Origin: Deltaproteobacteria bacterium
Lineage (GTDB): Bacteria > Myxococcota_A > Polyangia > Polyangiales > Houyiibacteriaceae
Direction: 5' to 3'
DNA length: 19,837 nt
Assembly: GCA_034670305.1 (NCBI GenBank)
Contig: JAXMNT010000081.1
Span: 1 to 19,837, forward strand
Position numbers and translations under genes: made by a program. Positions 17,500 through 19,837 of this stretch are shown piece by piece (positions within the stretch are counted from its first letter, which is position 1; each line of letters starts with the position of its first letter). The notes beneath the pieces were generated by a model, which saw nothing but the letters and a program-made list of their open reading frames with translations, searched no databases and had not been told where the DNA came from.

Positions 17500-19353
17500 G
17501 TGAAGTCCGTCTGGTGGGTTGGCCTGTTGTCTCTGGCGTGCAGCCAACCGCCCGCGCCGCCGCCGGGTGGCCTCGACGCGGGTCCGCCGGAACCCTGCGT
17601 CGCGACGGGGATCGAGTGTGTGGCCGGGGTCGCACACACCTGCGAAGGCGCCATGACGCAGTCGATGGAAGACTGCGAGGCGGCAGGGCTCGAGTGTGTG
17701 CCGGGGCTCGGGTGCCAGGTCTGCGGCGCGGGGACCATCGCGTGCGATGGGGAGACGGTGCTGGTGTGCAACGCGGACGGCAGTGGGTACGAGCGCGGCG
17801 AGACGTGCGCGGCCGCAGAAGGACTTCGCTGCAGCCCCGACGGCTGCGCGAACCTCTGCGACGAAGCGCGCGCCTCGAACTCGTACATCGGGTGCGAGTA
17901 CTGGCCGACCACCGTGCTCAACTCGCAGGTCGCGATCGAGTTCGACTTCGCGGTGGTGGTCGCCAACCCGCAGCTCGTCGCGGCGGAGGTCGTGGTCGAC
18001 CGCGCCGGGTCGGAGGTCGCCCGGGCCACGATTCCGCCCGGCAGCCTCGTGACGCTTCCGCTCCCTTGGGTCTCGGAGCTGAAGGGCGTGTTCGCAGAAG
18101 AACGCTCCGAGGTCGTACGCGGCGGCGCGTATCGGGTCGGCTCCGATGTGCCCGTCATCGTCTATCAGTTCGATCCACTCCAGTACCGCATCGAACGCGA
18201 CTGCCTGGGAGAGGCGCCGGAGACGGCGGACGACGGACGCTGCTACGCGTTCACGAACGACGCGTCGCTGCTGCTTCCCACCCATGTGTTGACCGGGAGC
18301 TACCTCGCTCTCTCGCGCCAGACGATGGTGCTGGATCTTCCGGCCGGCACCGCGCGCAACGAAGTCGCGAGCCCCGGCTTCGTCGCGATCGTCGCGACCG
18401 AAGACGGCACGACCGTCGACATCGTCTCGACCAGCCACGTGGAGCCTTCCCGCGACGGATCGATCCCCGCGCTGGCGCCTGGGGGCACCACCTCGGTGAG
18501 CCTCGATCGCGGCGATGTGCTCCAGTTGGTCTCGGCCAAGCCGAGCTCGATGGGGGTCGATGACTGTCCTGGCACCCGCACCACCGAACGCACCGCGGGC
18601 GATCAGATCGTTGGTTACTGCGACACCGGCGCCGACTACGACCTGACCGGAAGCGAGATCCGCGCGAGCGCGCCGGTGTCGGTCATCGGCGGTCACAACT
18701 GTTCGTTCGTGCCGTTCAACCGCTGGGCGTGTGATCACCTGGAAGAAGCGCTTTTCCCGACGGAGGTCTGGGGGCGCGACATGCTGGTGGCCGCCACCCG
18801 GCCACTTCGCGCCGAGCCGAACCTGATGCGGGTCGTGGCCGCGAACGACGGGACGATGGTGACGTTCGACCCGCCGATCTTCGATCCGCAGTCGCTCGAC
18901 CGCGGGACCTTCGTCGAAGTCGAGCTCGCGGACGCGGTGCGCGTCGTCGCCAATGGCCCCATCGCGGTGCAGCAGTTCCTGGTGGGCCAGGACTTCGCCG
19001 GACTCGGGACGAGCGGCGCGTTCGGCGCCGGTGACCCAAGCATGTCGCTCGGCATCCCGACCGAGCAGCTTCGGACCGAGTACTCGTTCCTGACGCCGGA
19101 GAGCTACGACCGGAGCTTCGTGAACATCACGGCGCCGCTCGCCGCGCGGGTGGTGCTCGACGGGGCGCTCGTGCGCGGGTTCGTGCCCATCGGGGAGACC
19201 GGCGCGGGCGTGGCGCGGGTCGAAGTGGACAACGGCGTGCACCGCATGTCGGGCACCGCGCCCTTCGGCGCCGTGGTGTATGGCTTCGGCAGCTACACGA
19301 GCTACATGTTCCCGGCCGGCCTCGACCTGCGCGAGATCAACCCGCCGATCTGA
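17500..19353 (+). CDS. IgGFc-binding protein N-terminal domain lipoprotein with Cys-rich N-terminus, 617 aa
   Basis: GTG 17500 begins VKSVWWVGLLSLA-C; SYIGCEYWPT, FAVVVANP, NDASLLLP, CDHLEEALFP, GDPSMSLGIPTEQLRTEYSFLTP, YGFGSYTSYMFPAGLDL are typical of myxobacterial IgGFc-binding proteins. Confidence 0.87.
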   Translation: MKSVWWVGLLSLACSQPPAPPPGGLDAGPPEPCVATGIECVAGVAHTCEGAMTQSMEDCEAAGLECVPGLGCQVCGAGTIACDGETVLVCNADGSGYERGETCAAAEGLRCSPDGCANLCDEARASNSYIGCEYWPTTVLNSQVAIEFDFAVVVANPQLVAAEVVVDRAGSEVARATIPPGSLVTLPLPWVSELKGVFAEERSEVVRGGAYRVGSDVPVIVYQFDPLQYRIERDCLGEAPETADDGRCYAFTNDASLLLPTHVLTGSYLALSRQTMVLDLPAGTARNEVASPGFVAIVATEDGTTVDIVSTSHVEPSRDGSIPALAPGGTTSVSLDRGDVLQLVSAKPSSMGVDDCPGTRTTERTAGDQIVGYCDTGADYDLTGSEIRASAPVSVIGGHNCSFVPFNRWACDHLEEALFPTEVWGRDMLVAATRPLRAEPNLMRVVAANDGTMVTFDPPIFDPQSLDRGTFVEVELADAVRVVANGPIAVQQFLVGQDFAGLGTSGAFGAGDPSMSLGIPTEQLRTEYSFLTPESYDRSFVNITAPLAARVVLDGALVRGFVPIGETGAGVARVEVDNGVHRMSGTAPFGAVVYGFGSYTSYMFPAGLDLREINPPI

Positions 19354-19402
19354 GTTCGACCGCCAGGCCGCCGCGACAGCAGCGACCGAGCGCAGCAGTG
19401 CT

Positions 19403-19428
19403 AGCAGGTCGCTGAGAAGCGACCTGCT
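19403..19428 (+). terminator. Hairpin, possible terminator or 3' stabiliser: 11-bp perfect stem with GAGA loop
   Basis: AGCAGGTCGCT-GAGA-AGCGACCTGCT, 50 nt after the stop at 19353; no U-tract follows, so terminator function is uncertain. Confidence 0.45.
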
Positions 19429-19462
19429 CCCTTGCCGTTGCCCTTGCCCGTGCCCTTGCCCG
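19429..19462. repeat. Hexamer tandem repeat (CCCTTG/CCGTTG/CCCGTG), 5 full units plus a partial
   Basis: cccttg ccgttg cccttg cccgtg cccttg cccg read directly. Confidence 0.85.
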
Positions 19463-19595
19463 CGTCGTGGACGCCGTGTGTTTCGCGACGGCGAGGCCGC
19501 GAATCGGTCGGTGCTACGCGGCGCAGCTCCGCAGCCGCGCGACGCGTAGGAGGTTGTATGCGACGAACTGTGTCTTGCGTCTGCCTCGATATTTC

Positions 19596-19771
19596 TTGGG
19601 GGCACAGCCCCCAAACCCCGGTGACACCGCTGGCTCGGTTCGCGAGGCTGCACGCTTTCGAATATTGTCTCTCGCGAGGGAGGCTCTGCTTCAGAGCCGT
19701 TTCCCAGGGCCCCAAGAAAGCCGAAGGCGTCTGGGCCCGCAGGAACCCCGCGAGAGACCAGCAATATCGAA
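19596..19771. other. Structured non-coding element: REP-like hairpin followed by a nested multi-stem inverted repeat
   Basis: TTGGGGGC-aca-GCCCCCAA (19596-19614); outer stem GTCTCTCGCG (19667-19676)/CGCGAGAGAC (19749-19758) extended by ATATT/AATAT and TTCG/CGAA; inner stems GGCTCTG/CAGAGCC, TTCC/GGAA, GGGCCC/GGGCCC, GCC-gaa-GGC. Confidence 0.6.
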
Positions 19772-19837
19772 CGGGCTCTCGCCCACCTCGAGCAGGTCGT
19801 CGCGATGCTCGTCGCGCTGATCAAGCGATCTGACCGC
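19756..19837 (+). pseudogene. Possible C-terminal remnant of a four-helix-bundle (Avd/IVP-like) gene
   Basis: From 19769 reads ERALAHLEQVVAMLVALIKRSDR; a one-base frameshift joins DQQY (19756-19767) in front of it. Resembles the final helix of that family; no intact upstream ORF. Confidence 0.35.

Noticed and set aside
16462..19824. 1120-aa minus-strand ORF, and other long overlapping ORFs such as 8735-10762, 10778-13123, 3809-5668, 1669-3138 and 7318-8832
   Set aside because: They overlap well-supported genes in other frames or strands and have R/A/G/P-rich shadow-frame composition.
1..19837. CRISPR array, tRNA, rRNA or transposase
   Set aside because: The repeats are short tandem units without unique spacers; no tRNA cloverleaf, rRNA or DDE/HUH/recombinase motifs recognised.

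Overview
High-GC bacterial DNA, very probably Myxococcota (Polyangia/Sandaracinaceae-like), judged from a MYXO-CTERM sorting tail, DAG-rich linkers and Cys-rich lipoproteins. It holds the 3' end of a gene with a perfect (KKKAT)n histone H1-like tail and 11 complete genes: a translationally coupled DUF72-like + NFACT/RqcH-like pair (-), a Cys-rich lipoprotein, a large S8 peptidase/FG-GAP/MYXO-CTERM protein with atypical active-site motifs, a DprE1-like FAD oxidoreductase (-), a giant secreted TPR+HEAT protein with a Met-rich repeat (-), a Kazal+antistasin-like lipoprotein, a secreted propeller-like protein (-), a class C beta-lactamase-family serine hydrolase lipoprotein (-), a TatT-family lipoprotein and an IgGFc-binding-domain lipoprotein. 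The most notable non-gene signals are: (i) -10-like boxes 5-7 nt before the start codon of seven genes, suggesting leaderless mRNAs, including an overlapping bidirectional pair; (ii) intergenic hexamer tandem arrays; (iii) a nested multi-stem element at the right end that abuts what looks like a four-helix-bundle gene remnant. No rRNA, tRNA, CRISPR array or transposase was recognised. All family assignments come from motif recognition by eye, not from database searches.
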